Positions 48,163 through 59,781 are shown, counted from the stretch's first letter. The stretch is 64,000 nt of DNA from Acetatifactor sp. (GCA_045579545.1 JAZNMF010000013.1:6721-70720), one strand, 5' to 3'. The notes: generated by a model from the sequence alone, not told the origin. Numbers and translations are program-made.

Positions 48163-49326
48163 CTATTTTACAACACGAACACGGAACACACCATCAATAG
48201 ATTTCAGTTTCGCAATGATTTCATCAGATGCGGCTTCTTCAATGTCAAGCATGGTATAAGCAACTTCTCCCCTTGATTTATTCACAAGGTTAGCAATGTT
48301 AATACCGTTATCACCAAAGCATGCGGTAAATTTAGTGATCATATTTGCGATATTCTTGTGGAAGATCGCAATACGTCCTTCATGAGTACATACACCCATG
48401 TCGCAGTTGGGATAATTCACACTGTTGGTAATGTTACCGTTTTCCAGGTAATTCATCATTTCTTTTACTGCCATCTTTGCACAGTTATCTTCAGACTCCT
48501 CAGTGCTGGCTCCAAGATGAGGGATTACGATACAACCTTCTTGACCTGCTGTGGTAGGATTGGGGAAATCGGATACATAACTGCGTACCTTACCGGCCTT
48601 GATGCCATCGATCACATCAGGCTCGTTAACAAGTAAATCTCTTGCAAAGTTCAGAATGATAACACCATCCTTCATCTTGCTGATCGCAGCTCTATTAATC
48701 ATTCCTTTTGTGGAATCCAAAAGGGGAACATGAATCGTGATATAATCACATTCAGCATAGATATCTTCCACATTCAGAACATGCTTAACCTTGCGGCTCA
48801 GACTCCAGGCAGCGTCAACAGAAAGGTAAGGATCGTAGCCAAGGACATCCATACCAAGACTCTCTGCAGCATTGGCAACTCTTACGCCGATGGCACCGAG
48901 ACCAATGATACCAAGTTTCTTGCCCATAAGCTCGGTTCCGGCAAATTTCTTTTTCTCTTTCTCGGCTGCTTTGGCAATATCAGCATTATCCTTTGACTCT
49001 TTTACCCAGTTGATACCGCCAACCACGTCACGTGCGGCAAGAAGCATACCGGCTATCACAAGCTCTTTTACACCGTTTGCATTTGCTCCGGGCGTATTAA
49101 AAACAACAATACCTTTTTCTGCACATTTATCAAGAGGAATATTATTCACGCCGGCGCCGGCTCTTGCTACGGCAAGGAGCTGTTCGGGCAGTTCCATTTC
49201 ATGCATGGATGCACTTCTTACCAGAACGCCGTCTGCTTCCTTTACATCCTGTGTCAGGGCATAATTCTCTGTCAGTCTCTCTAAACCCACTTCTGCAATG
49301 GGATTAAGGCAATGAATCTTAAACAT
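48163..49326 (-). CDS. serA: D-3-phosphoglycerate dehydrogenase with C-terminal ACT domain
   Basis: ARAGAGVNNI, NTPGANANGV, GLGAIG, NFAR and PHLGASTEESE motifs. Confidence 0.93.
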   Translation of the reverse strand: MFKIHCLNPIAEVGLERLTENYALTQDVKEADGVLVRSASMHEMELPEQLLAVARAGAGVNNIPLDKCAEKGIVVFNTPGANANGVKELVIAGMLLAARDVVGGINWVKESKDNADIAKAAEKEKKKFAGTELMGKKLGIIGLGAIGVRVANAAESLGMDVLGYDPYLSVDAAWSLSRKVKHVLNVEDIYAECDYITIHVPLLDSTKGMINRAAISKMKDGVIILNFARDLLVNEPDVIDGIKAGKVRSYVSDFPNPTTAGQEGCIVIPHLGASTEESEDNCAKMAVKEMMNYLENGNITNSVNYPNCDMGVCTHEGRIAIFHKNIANMITKFTACFGDNGINIANLVNKSRGEVAYTMLDIEEAASDEIIAKLKSIDGVFRVRVVK

Positions 49327-50407
49327 TTCCATTCTCCTCTTCAAATTTCTTCATAAACGCTACCAGCGCCTCTACGCCTTCGATTGGCATAGCATTGTAG
49401 ATACTTGCTCTCATACCGCCAACACTGCGGTGTCCCTTCAGATTTTCAAAACCTGCAGCCTTGGCTTCCTTTACAAACTTAGCATCCAGCTCCTCGCTGC
49501 CGGTAACAAAAGGAACGTTCATCAGGGAACGGTCTTCCTTGGCAACAGTACCCTTAAACAGTTTGCTCTCGTCCAAGAAGTCATACAGAACTTTCGCTTT
49601 CTTTTCGTTGTATGCCTTCATAGCCTCAAGACCGCCCTGCTTCTTCAGCCATTTAAATACCTTGCCGCAGATATAGATACCATATGCAGGCGGAGTATTG
49701 TAAAGGGAATCGTTATCAGCATGAATCTTATATTTCAACATGGTAGGCGTGCCGGGAAGAACATCCTCTGTAATCAGATCTTCTCTGATGATCACGATAA
49801 CAACACCTGCAGGACCTATATTCTTTTGAACGCCGCCGTAGATCACACCGTATTTGGTCACATCAACAGGCTCGGAAAGGAAACAGCTGGATACATCGGA
49901 TACCAGTGTCTTACCTTTTGTATTGGGTAAAGTCTTAAACTTTGTACCGTAGATAGTATTATTCTCACAGATGTAAACGTAATCTGCGTCTTCACTGATT
50001 GGCAGATCTGAGCAATCAGGAATATAAGAAAAAGTCTTATCTTCTGAAGATGCGATCTTATTAGCCTTACCGTAAAGGCATGCCTCCTGAAATGCCTTCT
50101 TTGCCCACTGACCGGTTACGATATAGTCAGCAACCTTATTCTTCATCAGATTCATGGGAATCATGGCAAACTGCTGGCTTGCTCCGCCCTGCAGGAATAA
50201 TACTTTATAGTTATCAGGAATATTCATTAACTCTCTCAGGTCAGCCTCAGCCTCTTTGATAATGGTATCATATGCCTTGGAACGATGGCTCATCTCCATT
50301 ACTGACATACCTGTGCCCTTATAATCAAGCATCTCTTCTGCTGCTTCACGCAATACCTCTTCAGGCAAAACTGCCGGACCTGCTGAAAAATTATAAACTC
50401 TGGACAT
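49319..50407 (-). CDS. serC: Phosphoserine aminotransferase
   Basis: YNFSAGPAVLP, GGASQQF, GVQKNIGPAG (PLP Lys), NTPP and GHRSVGGMRASIYNA motifs. Confidence 0.96.
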   Translation of the reverse strand: MSRVYNFSAGPAVLPEEVLREAAEEMLDYKGTGMSVMEMSHRSKAYDTIIKEAEADLRELMNIPDNYKVLFLQGGASQQFAMIPMNLMKNKVADYIVTGQWAKKAFQEACLYGKANKIASSEDKTFSYIPDCSDLPISEDADYVYICENNTIYGTKFKTLPNTKGKTLVSDVSSCFLSEPVDVTKYGVIYGGVQKNIGPAGVVIVIIREDLITEDVLPGTPTMLKYKIHADNDSLYNTPPAYGIYICGKVFKWLKKQGGLEAMKAYNEKKAKVLYDFLDESKLFKGTVAKEDRSLMNVPFVTGSEELDAKFVKEAKAAGFENLKGHRSVGGMRASIYNAMPIEGVEALVAFMKKFEEENGNV

Positions 50408-50542
50408 TTCTCTTCCTCCATTTGTTAAATATGTAACTAATGCAAAATACAAAAATTATTTTAATCATTTCGTTTGCTTTAGTCAACTGCATTGATAAAT
50501 TATTTTCAAAAATAGTACTAAAGTACCGATATTGAATTCCTA

Positions 50543-51949
50543 TTAAAATACTATCACCGGAATTCCCACCTCAACAGACTCGTAAATCCGTTTCATTGCA
50601 TCAGATGGCGTGTTAATACAACCGTGAGAACCTGATTTTTTATAGATTTCACCGCCAAACTTACTGCGCCAGGAAGCATCGTGAATTCCTACGTTTCCGT
50701 TGATAGGCATCCAATATTTAACAAAAGCCTCGTAATCAGCTCCTCTTAAGATACGGTTCCTTTGCTTGGAATATACGCTGTAAAATCCTTCCGGGGTACC
50801 CATACCTTTCTTCCCGGTTACCACTTCCGTCTCAACTGTACACTCTCCGTTCAGATAAAGATACATCTTCTGCAAGGTCATATCGATTTCAATATAAGTA
50901 CTGCCGATATCATTCTTGCCTCGTTGATAAGCTTCTCTTTTATAAACAGGTACATGATCAACATTGACTCCTTCAGTCAAAGCATCGGACAGAAATTTCT
51001 TTTCAGCTTCCCTGTCAATCAATGTTCCGTAAGAACCTTTCTTAAGTGTGATCTGATCTCCCCTTGTAGAAAGAAAGCTTCTTTCTTTTCCATAGGTATC
51101 ATATTCATCACAGATTGCATCTATGTATGTACTTATCTTTTCTTCAGATATTTGAAGTGTGCCGTCTCCGTTTTCCGCAAATGATCTGTCATCCTTTCTT
51201 ATCAGGAATTGACTGAGTTCAAAGGGATCCGGAGAAATCTTCTCATCTCCCATATCAAATACGATTTCAACAGACTGAAATTTCTCTATTTTTTTCCATT
51301 GGCAGAGAATATCCTGCTGGGAATCAGATAAAACCATATCTCGATAAAGGCCTGCTTCCTTCAGATCAAAAACAGGGAAAGCGGAAGTATCATGATTCAG
51401 ACAAACTCGTTCAAAACACTCCAAAAGCAATTGATATCCCGCTTCGATATCAAGTCTTTGTAGGGTTGTGTCTAGCAGTTGATAACCGTTTTCCGTCAAA
51501 ACAATATCCAAATCAGCTTCTGTATAAATTTCTTTCTTTACAAAGGGCAGATTTTCCCAAAAAATCTTGATTGCTGCCTGGTCATATGTATACTCGGGTT
51601 GCAACACAATATCAGTATGTTTTCCGATTCCTGTGATCCAAAATAATGGGTTTCTGTCATTTATATATTCTGATAAAACAGAAGAATAATCGATCATCAA
51701 ATTGCAATCGTCTTCTGCCATCACATAACAATTACCATTTTTATCCACAATGGAAATACTCGGAGTATTGGTTTGAGCCAACAACTCCGAGTTCACTTCT
51801 TCTATGGTTTTACCGGTACAATAAACACCGTTGATCCAAGTGTTTATTGGAAACCCGTCACGGTAATGCCATGCAAGCATCAGATATGCAATTATTATGA
51901 GAATACATAATAGAACTATGCTTACAGTCAGTTTACGTACTTTACTCAT
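50543..51949 (-). CDS. L,D-transpeptidase (YkuD domain) with N-terminal anchor
   Basis: N-terminal TM; IEIDMTLQKMY, VVTG and GIHDASWR...GSHGCIN catalytic motif. Confidence 0.9.
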   Translation of the reverse strand: MSKVRKLTVSIVLLCILIIIAYLMLAWHYRDGFPINTWINGVYCTGKTIEEVNSELLAQTNTPSISIVDKNGNCYVMAEDDCNLMIDYSSVLSEYINDRNPLFWITGIGKHTDIVLQPEYTYDQAAIKIFWENLPFVKKEIYTEADLDIVLTENGYQLLDTTLQRLDIEAGYQLLLECFERVCLNHDTSAFPVFDLKEAGLYRDMVLSDSQQDILCQWKKIEKFQSVEIVFDMGDEKISPDPFELSQFLIRKDDRSFAENGDGTLQISEEKISTYIDAICDEYDTYGKERSFLSTRGDQITLKKGSYGTLIDREAEKKFLSDALTEGVNVDHVPVYKREAYQRGKNDIGSTYIEIDMTLQKMYLYLNGECTVETEVVTGKKGMGTPEGFYSVYSKQRNRILRGADYEAFVKYWMPINGNVGIHDASWRSKFGGEIYKKSGSHGCINTPSDAMKRIYESVEVGIPVIVF

Positions 51950-51991
51950 AAAAACGACTCCCGCCCGCATCATTGCAGGCCGCATCAATAC

Positions 51992-53674
51992 TTATGCCTG
52001 TTTCTTCTTCAGATCGTCTCCGTCAAACACCTCACTGATCGGAGCTCCTGCTGGCACCATCGGAAACACCTTGTCATCCTCGGGAATCACACACTCAATC
52101 AAAACAGGGGCTTTCAATGCAATGGCCTTACGGATTGCAGGTTCCACCTCTTCTTTTGTAGTCACGCGGATCGCTTCACAACCGAGACCTTCCGCAACTT
52201 TGCAGAAATCTACCTTGTCATTGAGAACAGTCTGTGAATATCTCCTGTCATAGAAAAGCGTCTGCCACTGACGTACCATACCAAGAACATGATTGTTGAT
52301 CACGACCTGAATTATGGGGATATTATATCTGCTTGCCGTGGCAAGTTCATTCATATTCATACGGAAACAACCGTCACCCGCTATATTGATACAGATTCTG
52401 TCGGGTTGTCCAACCTGAGCTCCGATACACGCGCCAAGTCCATAACCCATGGTTCCCAGACCGCCTGAAGAGAGGAAGGAACGGGGACTTGTATACTGAT
52501 AATACTGCGCAGCCCACATTTGATGCTGACCAACATCCGTTGAAATGATTGCCTTACCCTCGGTCACCTTGTCAATGGTCTCGATCACATAAGGACAAGA
52601 CAGGGCGCTGTCATCATATTTCAGAGGATACTTTTCTTTTAATTCAGTAATGCGCTGCATCCACTGACTGTGATCCTGCTTTGGCAGCATCCCGTTAAGC
52701 TTTCCAAGCACTTCTTTCAAGTCGCCGATCAGTGCAGCATTGGCATGTATATTTTTGTTGATTTCAGCCGCATCAATATCCATATGGATGATCTTAGCAT
52801 TTTCTGCAAATCTTTTAGGATTACCGATCACGCGGTCAGAAAATCTGGCACCCATGGCAATCAGAAGATCGCATTCACTGACACCCAAATTGGATGTCTT
52901 GGTTCCGTGCATACCGATCATACCGGTATATCTTTCACTTTTACCGTCAAATGCGCCTTTTCCCATGAGAGTATCGCAGACGGGAGCATCCAAAAGCTCA
53001 GCAAACTCAGAAACCTCTTCATACGCATCTGATGCGATCGCTCCACCGCCAAGATAAATATATGGTTTCTTGGAATTCAGGAGAAGGTCAAGCACACTTG
53101 CAAGATCCTCCTCAGAATATTTACTGAATCTTTCAGTGTCTTTAGGAGTAACCGGCGTAAACTCACAAACTGCGGCAGTTACATCCTTTGTAATATCCAC
53201 AAGAACCGGACCGGGACGCCCGCTTTTTGCGATATGAAAAGCTTTGCGAATGGTATCTGCAAGGATATCAACATTTTTTACAATATAGCCATGCTTCGTG
53301 ATTGGCATAGTTACACCGGCAATATCCACTTCCTGAAAGGAATCCTTACCAAGAAGAGGAAGGTTAACATTCGCTGTGATCGCCACCATAGGAACGGAAT
53401 CCATATAGGCGGTGGCAATACCGGTAACAAGATTGGTTGCACCGGGACCACTGGTCGCCATACACACACCTACTTTACCGGTCGCTCTTGCATAACCGTC
53501 GGCAGCATGAGCAGCCCCCTGCTCATGAGAAGTTAATATATGATTAATCTCGTGTGAATGCTTATAGAGTGCATCATAAACATTAAGGATTGTTCCACCG
53601 GGATATCCGAAAACGGTATCTACTCCCTGTTCTTTCAGGCATTCTACAACGATTTCAGCACCTGTCAGCTGCAT
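51992..53674 (-). CDS. ilvB: Acetolactate synthase large subunit, copy 2
   Basis: VFGYPGG, SHEQGAAHAADGYAR, TSGPGATN, DVGQHQMW and GDGCFRMN motifs. Confidence 0.94.
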   Translation of the reverse strand: MQLTGAEIVVECLKEQGVDTVFGYPGGTILNVYDALYKHSHEINHILTSHEQGAAHAADGYARATGKVGVCMATSGPGATNLVTGIATAYMDSVPMVAITANVNLPLLGKDSFQEVDIAGVTMPITKHGYIVKNVDILADTIRKAFHIAKSGRPGPVLVDITKDVTAAVCEFTPVTPKDTERFSKYSEEDLASVLDLLLNSKKPYIYLGGGAIASDAYEEVSEFAELLDAPVCDTLMGKGAFDGKSERYTGMIGMHGTKTSNLGVSECDLLIAMGARFSDRVIGNPKRFAENAKIIHMDIDAAEINKNIHANAALIGDLKEVLGKLNGMLPKQDHSQWMQRITELKEKYPLKYDDSALSCPYVIETIDKVTEGKAIISTDVGQHQMWAAQYYQYTSPRSFLSSGGLGTMGYGLGACIGAQVGQPDRICINIAGDGCFRMNMNELATASRYNIPIIQVVINNHVLGMVRQWQTLFYDRRYSQTVLNDKVDFCKVAEGLGCEAIRVTTKEEVEPAIRKAIALKAPVLIECVIPEDDKVFPMVPAGAPISEVFDGDDLKKKQA

Positions 53675-53712
53675 TTATCTCTCCTCCTGTCAATTGCTTA
53701 TACACCGGACAA

Positions 53713-55395
53713 TTACTTATTGTTTTTATTGGGAACCTCAAGAACCGCTCCTCTGTTGCCGCTTGTTACCAGTTCACGGTATCTGGAAAGATAACCGGTC
53801 GTAACCTTAGGCTCTCTGGGTTGCCACTTAGCTCGTCTGGCTGCCAGTTCTTCATCAGAAACCAGCATGTCAAGCTTATTCTCAGGAATGTTGACTCTGA
53901 TGATATCACCCTCCTCCACCAAAGCGATGGGGCCGCCAACGGCAGCTTCCGGAGATACATGTCCGATGGATGCACCACGGGAGGCTCCGGAGAATCGACC
54001 GTCTGTGATCAAAGCAACACTTGATCCAAGTCCCATACCTGCGATGGCAGAGGTAGGATTCAGCATTTCTCTCATACCGGGACCTCCTTTAGGACCCTCG
54101 TAACGTATCACAACAACATCACCGGCAACGATCTTGCCGCCCTTAATAGCTGCAATGGCATCTTCTTCACAGTCAAATACTCTTGCGGGACCTTCATGTA
54201 CCATCATCTCAGGAACAACTGCAGAACGCTTTACTACACCGCTGTCAGGAGCAAGATTACCCTTCAGGATGGCAATACCACCGGTCTCAGAATAAGGATT
54301 TTCAACAGGTCTGATAACGGAAGGATCGCGATTGATGCAACCGGAAATATTCTCACCCATGGTTTTTCCGGTAACAGTCATCACATCAAGATGAAGAAGA
54401 TTCTTCTTGGTTAATTCATTCATTACTGCATAAACGCCGCCGGCCTCGTTCAAATCCTCCATGTAGGTAGGGCCTGCAGGTGCCAGATGGCACAGATTAG
54501 GTGTTACGGCAGAAAGTTCATTAGCAATATCAAGGTTCAGATCAACGCCGGCTTCTCTTGCAATGGCCGGAAGATGCAGCATAGAGTTGGTGGAACAGCC
54601 AAGTGCCATGTCAACCGTTAAGGCATTCAGGAATGCTTTCTCAGTCATAATATCTCTGGGCTTGATATCTTTTTCCACAAGTTCCATGATCTTCATACCT
54701 GCATGCTTTGCCAGACGGATTCTCTCGGAATAAACAGCAGGAATGGTACCGTTGCCTTTCAAACCCATACCGATTGCTTCTGTCAGACAGTTCATGGAAT
54801 TGGCTGTATACATACCGGAACAGGATCCGCAGGTAGGACAAACCTTCTCCTCGAATTCACAGAGCTCTTCCATGGTCATAGTACCTGCAGCTACACTTCC
54901 AACTGCCTCAAACATGGAGGATAAGCTTCTCTTCTGCCCGTGTACATGTCCTGCCATCATAGGCCCGCCGGAAACAAAGATAGTGGGAATATTCAATCTT
55001 GCCGCAGCCATCAAAAGACCGGGAACATTCTTATCACAGTTAGGGATGCATACAAGGCCGTCAAAGCCGTGAGCCAGTGCCATACACTCGGTACTGTCTG
55101 CGATCAGGTCTCTCGTCACAAGAGAATACTTCATGCCGATATGGCCCATGGCGATACCGTCACAAACTGCAATTGCAGGAAAAACAACAGGCATACCGCC
55201 TGCCATGGCAACACCCATTTTTACCGCTTCTGTGATCTTATCAAGATTCATGTGACCGGGAACGATCTCATTGTAGGAGCTGACGATACCGATCATAGGG
55301 CGTCTGCGCTCTTCTTCTGTATATCCTAATGCATTAAAAAGACTTCTGTGAGGTGCCTGCTGTGCACCTGTCTTTACGGAATCACTTCTCATCAT
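53713..55395 (-). CDS. ilvD: Dihydroxy-acid dehydratase
   Basis: [40 protein letters not shown] and TDGRFSG motifs. Confidence 0.96.
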   Translation of the reverse strand: MMRSDSVKTGAQQAPHRSLFNALGYTEEERRRPMIGIVSSYNEIVPGHMNLDKITEAVKMGVAMAGGMPVVFPAIAVCDGIAMGHIGMKYSLVTRDLIADSTECMALAHGFDGLVCIPNCDKNVPGLLMAAARLNIPTIFVSGGPMMAGHVHGQKRSLSSMFEAVGSVAAGTMTMEELCEFEEKVCPTCGSCSGMYTANSMNCLTEAIGMGLKGNGTIPAVYSERIRLAKHAGMKIMELVEKDIKPRDIMTEKAFLNALTVDMALGCSTNSMLHLPAIAREAGVDLNLDIANELSAVTPNLCHLAPAGPTYMEDLNEAGGVYAVMNELTKKNLLHLDVMTVTGKTMGENISGCINRDPSVIRPVENPYSETGGIAILKGNLAPDSGVVKRSAVVPEMMVHEGPARVFDCEEDAIAAIKGGKIVAGDVVVIRYEGPKGGPGMREMLNPTSAIAGMGLGSSVALITDGRFSGASRGASIGHVSPEAAVGGPIALVEEGDIIRVNIPENKLDMLVSDEELAARRAKWQPREPKVTTGYLSRYRELVTSGNRGAVLEVPNKNNK

Positions 55396-55404
55396 TTTTC
55401 CTCC

Positions 55405-56487
55405 TTAGATTCTCTCAGCCAAAAGGTCGCCCATCTGACTACAGCTTACTTTGGTACAGCCATCCGACATAATGTCTCCGGTGCGATAGCCGTCTGCAAG
55501 CACTAGCTTTACTGCATTCTCAATGGCATCCGCCTCTTGATCCAGATCAAAGCTGTATCGAAGCATCATGGCTGCACTTAAGATAGTTGCGATAGGGTTG
55601 GCAATATTCATACCTGCTATATCAGGTGCGGAACCGTGACTGGGCTCGTACAGACCGAATTTCGTGTCGTTCAGGCTGGCACTTGCCAGCATACCGATGG
55701 AACCGGTAACCATGCTAGCTTCGTCAGACAGAATATCACCAAACATATTCTCTGTCAGAATTACGTCAAACTGAGCCGGATCCTTTACAAGCTGCATAGC
55801 GCAGTTATCAACCAGCATATGGTCCAGAGTAACTTCCGGATAATCTTTAGCAACCTCCTCCACTACTTTTCTCCAGAGTCTGGAGGAGTCAAGAACATTG
55901 GCCTTATCTACACTGGTCACCTTCTTGCGGCGTTTCATTGCAATGTCAAAACCTTTGATCGCAATCCTGCGGATCTCATTCTCGTCATAGGTAAGGGTAT
56001 CAATTGCCTTTAATACACCATTTTCTTCAACAGTCTTTCTCTCGCCAAAATAAAGACCTCCGGTGAGCTCACGCATGATCATCATATCAAATCCCGCAGC
56101 AGAAATCTCCTCTTTCAGAGGGCAGGCACCGGCAAGTTCTTCATACAATATTGCAGGACGAAGGTTTGCAAACAGATTCAATGCTTTACGGATCTTAAGA
56201 AGTCCTGCTTCCGGACGAAGATTAGGAGGAAGCTTGTACCAGGGAGATTTTGTGGTATCGCCGCCGATGGAACCCATCAGTACGGCATCTGCAGCCTTGG
56301 CATCTGCAATTGCTTCCTCTGTGAGCGGAACGCCGTGTACATCAATGGATGCTCCACCCATTAAAACATCCTTATAGTTCATTACATGGCCATACTTATC
56401 AGCCACCTTATCAAGTACTTTCTTTGCCTCAGCAACAATCTCGGGACCGATTCCGTCGCCGGGAATACAAGTAATCTTTAATTCCAT
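55405..56487 (-). CDS. leuB: 3-isopropylmalate dehydrogenase
   Basis: [33 protein letters not shown] and [12 protein letters not shown] motifs. Confidence 0.96.
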   Translation of the reverse strand: MELKITCIPGDGIGPEIVAEAKKVLDKVADKYGHVMNYKDVLMGGASIDVHGVPLTEEAIADAKAADAVLMGSIGGDTTKSPWYKLPPNLRPEAGLLKIRKALNLFANLRPAILYEELAGACPLKEEISAAGFDMMIMRELTGGLYFGERKTVEENGVLKAIDTLTYDENEIRRIAIKGFDIAMKRRKKVTSVDKANVLDSSRLWRKVVEEVAKDYPEVTLDHMLVDNCAMQLVKDPAQFDVILTENMFGDILSDEASMVTGSIGMLASASLNDTKFGLYEPSHGSAPDIAGMNIANPIATILSAAMMLRYSFDLDQEADAIENAVKLVLADGYRTGDIMSDGCTKVSCSQMGDLLAERI

Positions 56488-56591
56488 AATTGTTTCCTAT
56501 TCTTTCTATGTATTTTTATTACTAATAATATAGCAGAAAAGGACTGCGCCGTATCAACGTTCACAGTCCTTACTTCTCTCTTCAAAGCACA

Positions 56592-56912
56592 TTAAGCCTC
56601 GCTGGGCTTTTCAACACGCGCAACTGCAGACCTCTCCATGGGAATACGACAGTTCTTATTATTACCGAATTCAACAATGATAGTATCATCTGTAATATCA
56701 ATAACGACTCCGATTAATCCGCCTTTTGTCAATACACAATCGCCGATCTCCATGGCTGCAAGCATAGCTGCCATTCTCTTCTGCTCTTTCTTCTGAGGTC
56801 TCATAAGGAAGAACCACATAGCTCCAAGAATCACTGCATAAATAGCAAAAGTCCCAATCAGGCCCATTGTTCCGCCGCCTGCCGGTGCATCACCGCTTAA
56901 CAAAATATACAT
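56592..56912 (-). CDS. yajC: Preprotein translocase subunit YajC
   Basis: FFLMRPQKKEQK...GD.VLTKGGLIG pattern; follows tgt. Confidence 0.9.
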   Translation of the reverse strand: MYILLSGDAPAGGGTMGLIGTFAIYAVILGAMWFFLMRPQKKEQKRMAAMLAAMEIGDCVLTKGGLIGVVIDITDDTIIVEFGNNKNCRIPMERSAVARVEKPSEA

Positions 56913-57052
56913 ATTTATTCCTCCTGCATTTTATTACTGAAATATAGCACTAAAAATTATAATACACAAAAATGTCCATATGGGCAAGTAGTTTCTGCAA
57001 TAAAATATAAAAATTTTATAATTACATCTTCCGTTCAACAATAAGTAATCTT

Positions 57053-58186
57053 TCAGTCCTGAACATTGCTCATTCCGTCGAGTTTCTGCTTCTTATATGC
57101 TGCAAAACAACCCTGATCAAGAGCATTTCTGATCTCTTCCATCATAGTATTATAAAAATATAGGTTGTGTAATACACAAAGACGCAGTCCCAACATTTCC
57201 TTGGCTTTAAGCAAATGTCGGATATAAGCTCTGGAATATCGTTTACATGCCGGGCACTGACAGCCTTCTTCAATCGGTCTGTCATCCAGTTCATATTTAG
57301 CATTGAACAGATTGATCTTGCCGTGGTTGGTATAAAGATGACCATGCCTTCCGTTTCTTGTGGGGTAGACACAGTCAAAGAAGTCAACTCCTCTATCCAC
57401 CGCTTCCAGAATATTTGCCGGAGTCCCGACACCCATCAAATAAGTAGGCTTTTCAAGCGGAAGATATGGCACTACTTCATCCAAAATATGATACATTTCT
57501 TCATGAGATTCTCCTACAGCAAGACCTCCGACAGCATACCCGTCAAGATCCATCTCACGGATAATTTTTGCATGTTCAATGCGGATATCATCAAAGATTG
57601 CTCCCTGATTAATACCAAACAACATTTGCTTTGGATTGATGGTATCTTCAAGGGAATTTAACCTCTTCATCTCCTTCTTACAGCGTTCCAGCCACCTTGT
57701 TGTTCTCTCTACGGATGCCTGCACATATTTACGGTCCGCTTTACTGGGCGCACATTCATCAAATGCCATTGCAATGGTAGAAGCCAGGTTAGACTGAATC
57801 TGCATACTTTCCTCCGGACCCATAAATATCTTACGTCCATCAATATGGGAATTGAAATACACTCCTTCTTCTTTAATTTTTCGAAGTCCCGCAAGAGAAA
57901 ACACCTGAAAACCGCCGGAATCTGTGAGAATCGGCTTGTCCCATGACATAAACTTATGAAGACCTCCAAGCTGTTTGATTACGCGATCTCCGGGACGCAC
58001 ATGCAAATGATAGGTATTGGATAGTTCAACCTGTGTCTTGATCTCTTCCAGATCTGAGGTTGCTACTGCGCCTTTGATTGCGGCAACCGTTCCTACGTTC
58101 ATAAATACAGGCGTCTGGATCACGCCATGAACGGTGTGAAGTTCACCCCGCTTAGCGCGTCCTTCCTGTTTTAACAATTTATACAC
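57053..58186 (-). CDS. tgt: Queuine tRNA-ribosyltransferase
   Basis: QTPVFMNVGT, NTYHL, LTDSGGFQVFSL, GGLAVGE and CQCPAC (Zn) motifs. GTG start behind AGGAGG. Confidence 0.96.
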   Translation of the reverse strand: MYKLLKQEGRAKRGELHTVHGVIQTPVFMNVGTVAAIKGAVATSDLEEIKTQVELSNTYHLHVRPGDRVIKQLGGLHKFMSWDKPILTDSGGFQVFSLAGLRKIKEEGVYFNSHIDGRKIFMGPEESMQIQSNLASTIAMAFDECAPSKADRKYVQASVERTTRWLERCKKEMKRLNSLEDTINPKQMLFGINQGAIFDDIRIEHAKIIREMDLDGYAVGGLAVGESHEEMYHILDEVVPYLPLEKPTYLMGVGTPANILEAVDRGVDFFDCVYPTRNGRHGHLYTNHGKINLFNAKYELDDRPIEEGCQCPACKRYSRAYIRHLLKAKEMLGLRLCVLHNLYFYNTMMEEIRNALDQGCFAAYKKQKLDGMSNVQD

Positions 58187-58301
58187 GATATAGTCCTCCT
58201 GAACAAAAATCAATTGTAATTTATAATAAAAACAAAATTCGATATTATTATATCTTCTTTCCCTTAAAAGATAAAGCATTTTTTGTGGCAAGAAAAAAAC
58301 A

Positions 58302-58330
58302 TTGCCAATTCCTTCATCTTTTACTATAAT
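58302..58330 (+). promoter_or_regulatory. Candidate sigma-A promoter upstream of the aroC leader
   Basis: TTGCCA-17 nt-TATAAT, about 325 nt upstream of the aroC ATG. Confidence 0.65.
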
Positions 58331-58393
58331 CTTTTGTAGAAATCATTTTAATCACAAATTAAAATGTTCGCATTCACAGTTTAGCACTAATCA

Positions 58394-58605
58394 GCCGTTG
58401 TGTTTATGGTGACGTGTTTTCCACAGTGGCTGGAGTCAGTATGTTTCTCCTTATATCACGTGGAGCCAAGACACCTGGTTCGCAGCTCCCCTGCTTATGG
58501 GCGATGTGAACCGAACTTTGGTGACTTGGCGAAACGTCCGGGATAATAAGAGAAACATACTGACTCCAGCCCCTGTAGAAAACACGGCACCATAAACACA
58601 ACGGC
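58394..58605. repeat. ~212-nt rod-like inverted repeat element (possible structured RNA)
   Basis: 56-bp arms 58394-58449 / 58550-58605 with 3 mismatches; inner stems GCCAAGACACC / GGTGACTTGGC and GGTTCGCA / TGTGAACC. Confidence 0.85.
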
Positions 58606-58655
58606 GTGACATAGCGTTCCAACTGTGGCTTGCAAGCATTACGGAGGGATTACAT

Positions 58656-59768
58656 ATGGCCGGTTCAACGTATGGCACTATATTTCGTATCACAACATGG
58701 GGCGAATCACACGGCAAAGCATTAGGCGTTGTCATAGATGGCTGCCCTGCAGGGCTTTCTCTTTGCGAAGCAGATATTCAACAGTTCCTTGACCGACGCA
58801 AACCCGGTCAAAGCAGCATTACCACCCAGCGAAAAGAAGCTGACGAAGTGGAGATCCTCTCCGGAATCTTTGAAGGCAAAACTACCGGCACGCCAATATC
58901 GCTTATGGTACGTAACACTTCCCAGATTTCAAGAGATTACGGTAATATAGCGACCTGCTACAGACCGGGACATGCGGATTATACCTATGATTCCAAGTAC
59001 GGCTTCAGAGATTACAGAGGTGGAGGTCGCTCCTCCGGAAGAGAAACACTGGGACGTGTAGCTGCCGGCGCCATTGCATCAAAGATCCTGAATCAATTAG
59101 GGATTGAAGTCTGCGCATATACAAGAAGTATTGGTCCTATCTCAATAGATGACAGTCATTTTGACAAAGAAGTCATCATGGCTACAGCCACTGCAATGCC
59201 TGACAGAGAAGCAGACAGACTTGCAATGGAATATCTGAGCAAAGCTCGAGAAGAAAGCGATTCTGTTGGCGGATGTATGGAGTGCATCGTAAAGGGAATG
59301 CCGGCCGGTATCGGTGATCCTGTATTTGACAAATTAGATGCTAATCTATCAAAAGCCATTATGTCAATCGGTGCTGTAAAAGCGGTGGAAATCGGCGACG
59401 GAACAATTGTAAGCAACCGAAAAGGAAGTGAAAACAATGATCCTTACTGTATAAAAGATATGCAGATCATGAAATGCACCAATCATTCAGGAGGTATTCT
59501 CGGAGGCATCAGTGACGGCAGTGATATCATTATCAGAGCACATGTAAAGCCTACACCTTCCATTTATCAGCCCCAGAATACCGTTACACAAAACGGCCAA
59601 GAGATCACATTACAGATCAAAGGAAGACATGATCCTATCATAGTACCCAGAGCTGTTGTGGTAATGGAGTCTATGACAGCCATCACGTTGTTAGATGCCA
59701 TGATGATAAACATGTCGGCTAAAATGGAGAACCTTGAGAACTTTTACGCTTCATACGGATCAAAATAA
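58656..59768 (+). CDS. aroC: Chorismate synthase
   Basis: WGESHG, RPGHAD, GGGRSSGRET, TNHSGGILGGIS and GRHDP motifs. Confidence 0.96.
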   Translation: MAGSTYGTIFRITTWGESHGKALGVVIDGCPAGLSLCEADIQQFLDRRKPGQSSITTQRKEADEVEILSGIFEGKTTGTPISLMVRNTSQISRDYGNIATCYRPGHADYTYDSKYGFRDYRGGGRSSGRETLGRVAAGAIASKILNQLGIEVCAYTRSIGPISIDDSHFDKEVIMATATAMPDREADRLAMEYLSKAREESDSVGGCMECIVKGMPAGIGDPVFDKLDANLSKAIMSIGAVKAVEIGDGTIVSNRKGSENNDPYCIKDMQIMKCTNHSGGILGGISDGSDIIIRAHVKPTPSIYQPQNTVTQNGQEITLQIKGRHDPIIVPRAVVVMESMTAITLLDAMMINMSAKMENLENFYASYGSK

Positions 59769-59781
59769 ACATAAAATGTAA

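Noticed and set aside
50470-50520. CodY boxes near serC and elsewhere
   Set aside because: The best matches have about 5 mismatches to AATTTTCWGAAAATT in AT-rich DNA.
58394-58605. Canonical 6S RNA call
   Set aside because: Length fits, but the near-perfect 56-bp closing stem is much longer than in typical 6S RNAs and I could not identify conserved bubble motifs. Left as an Rfam check.
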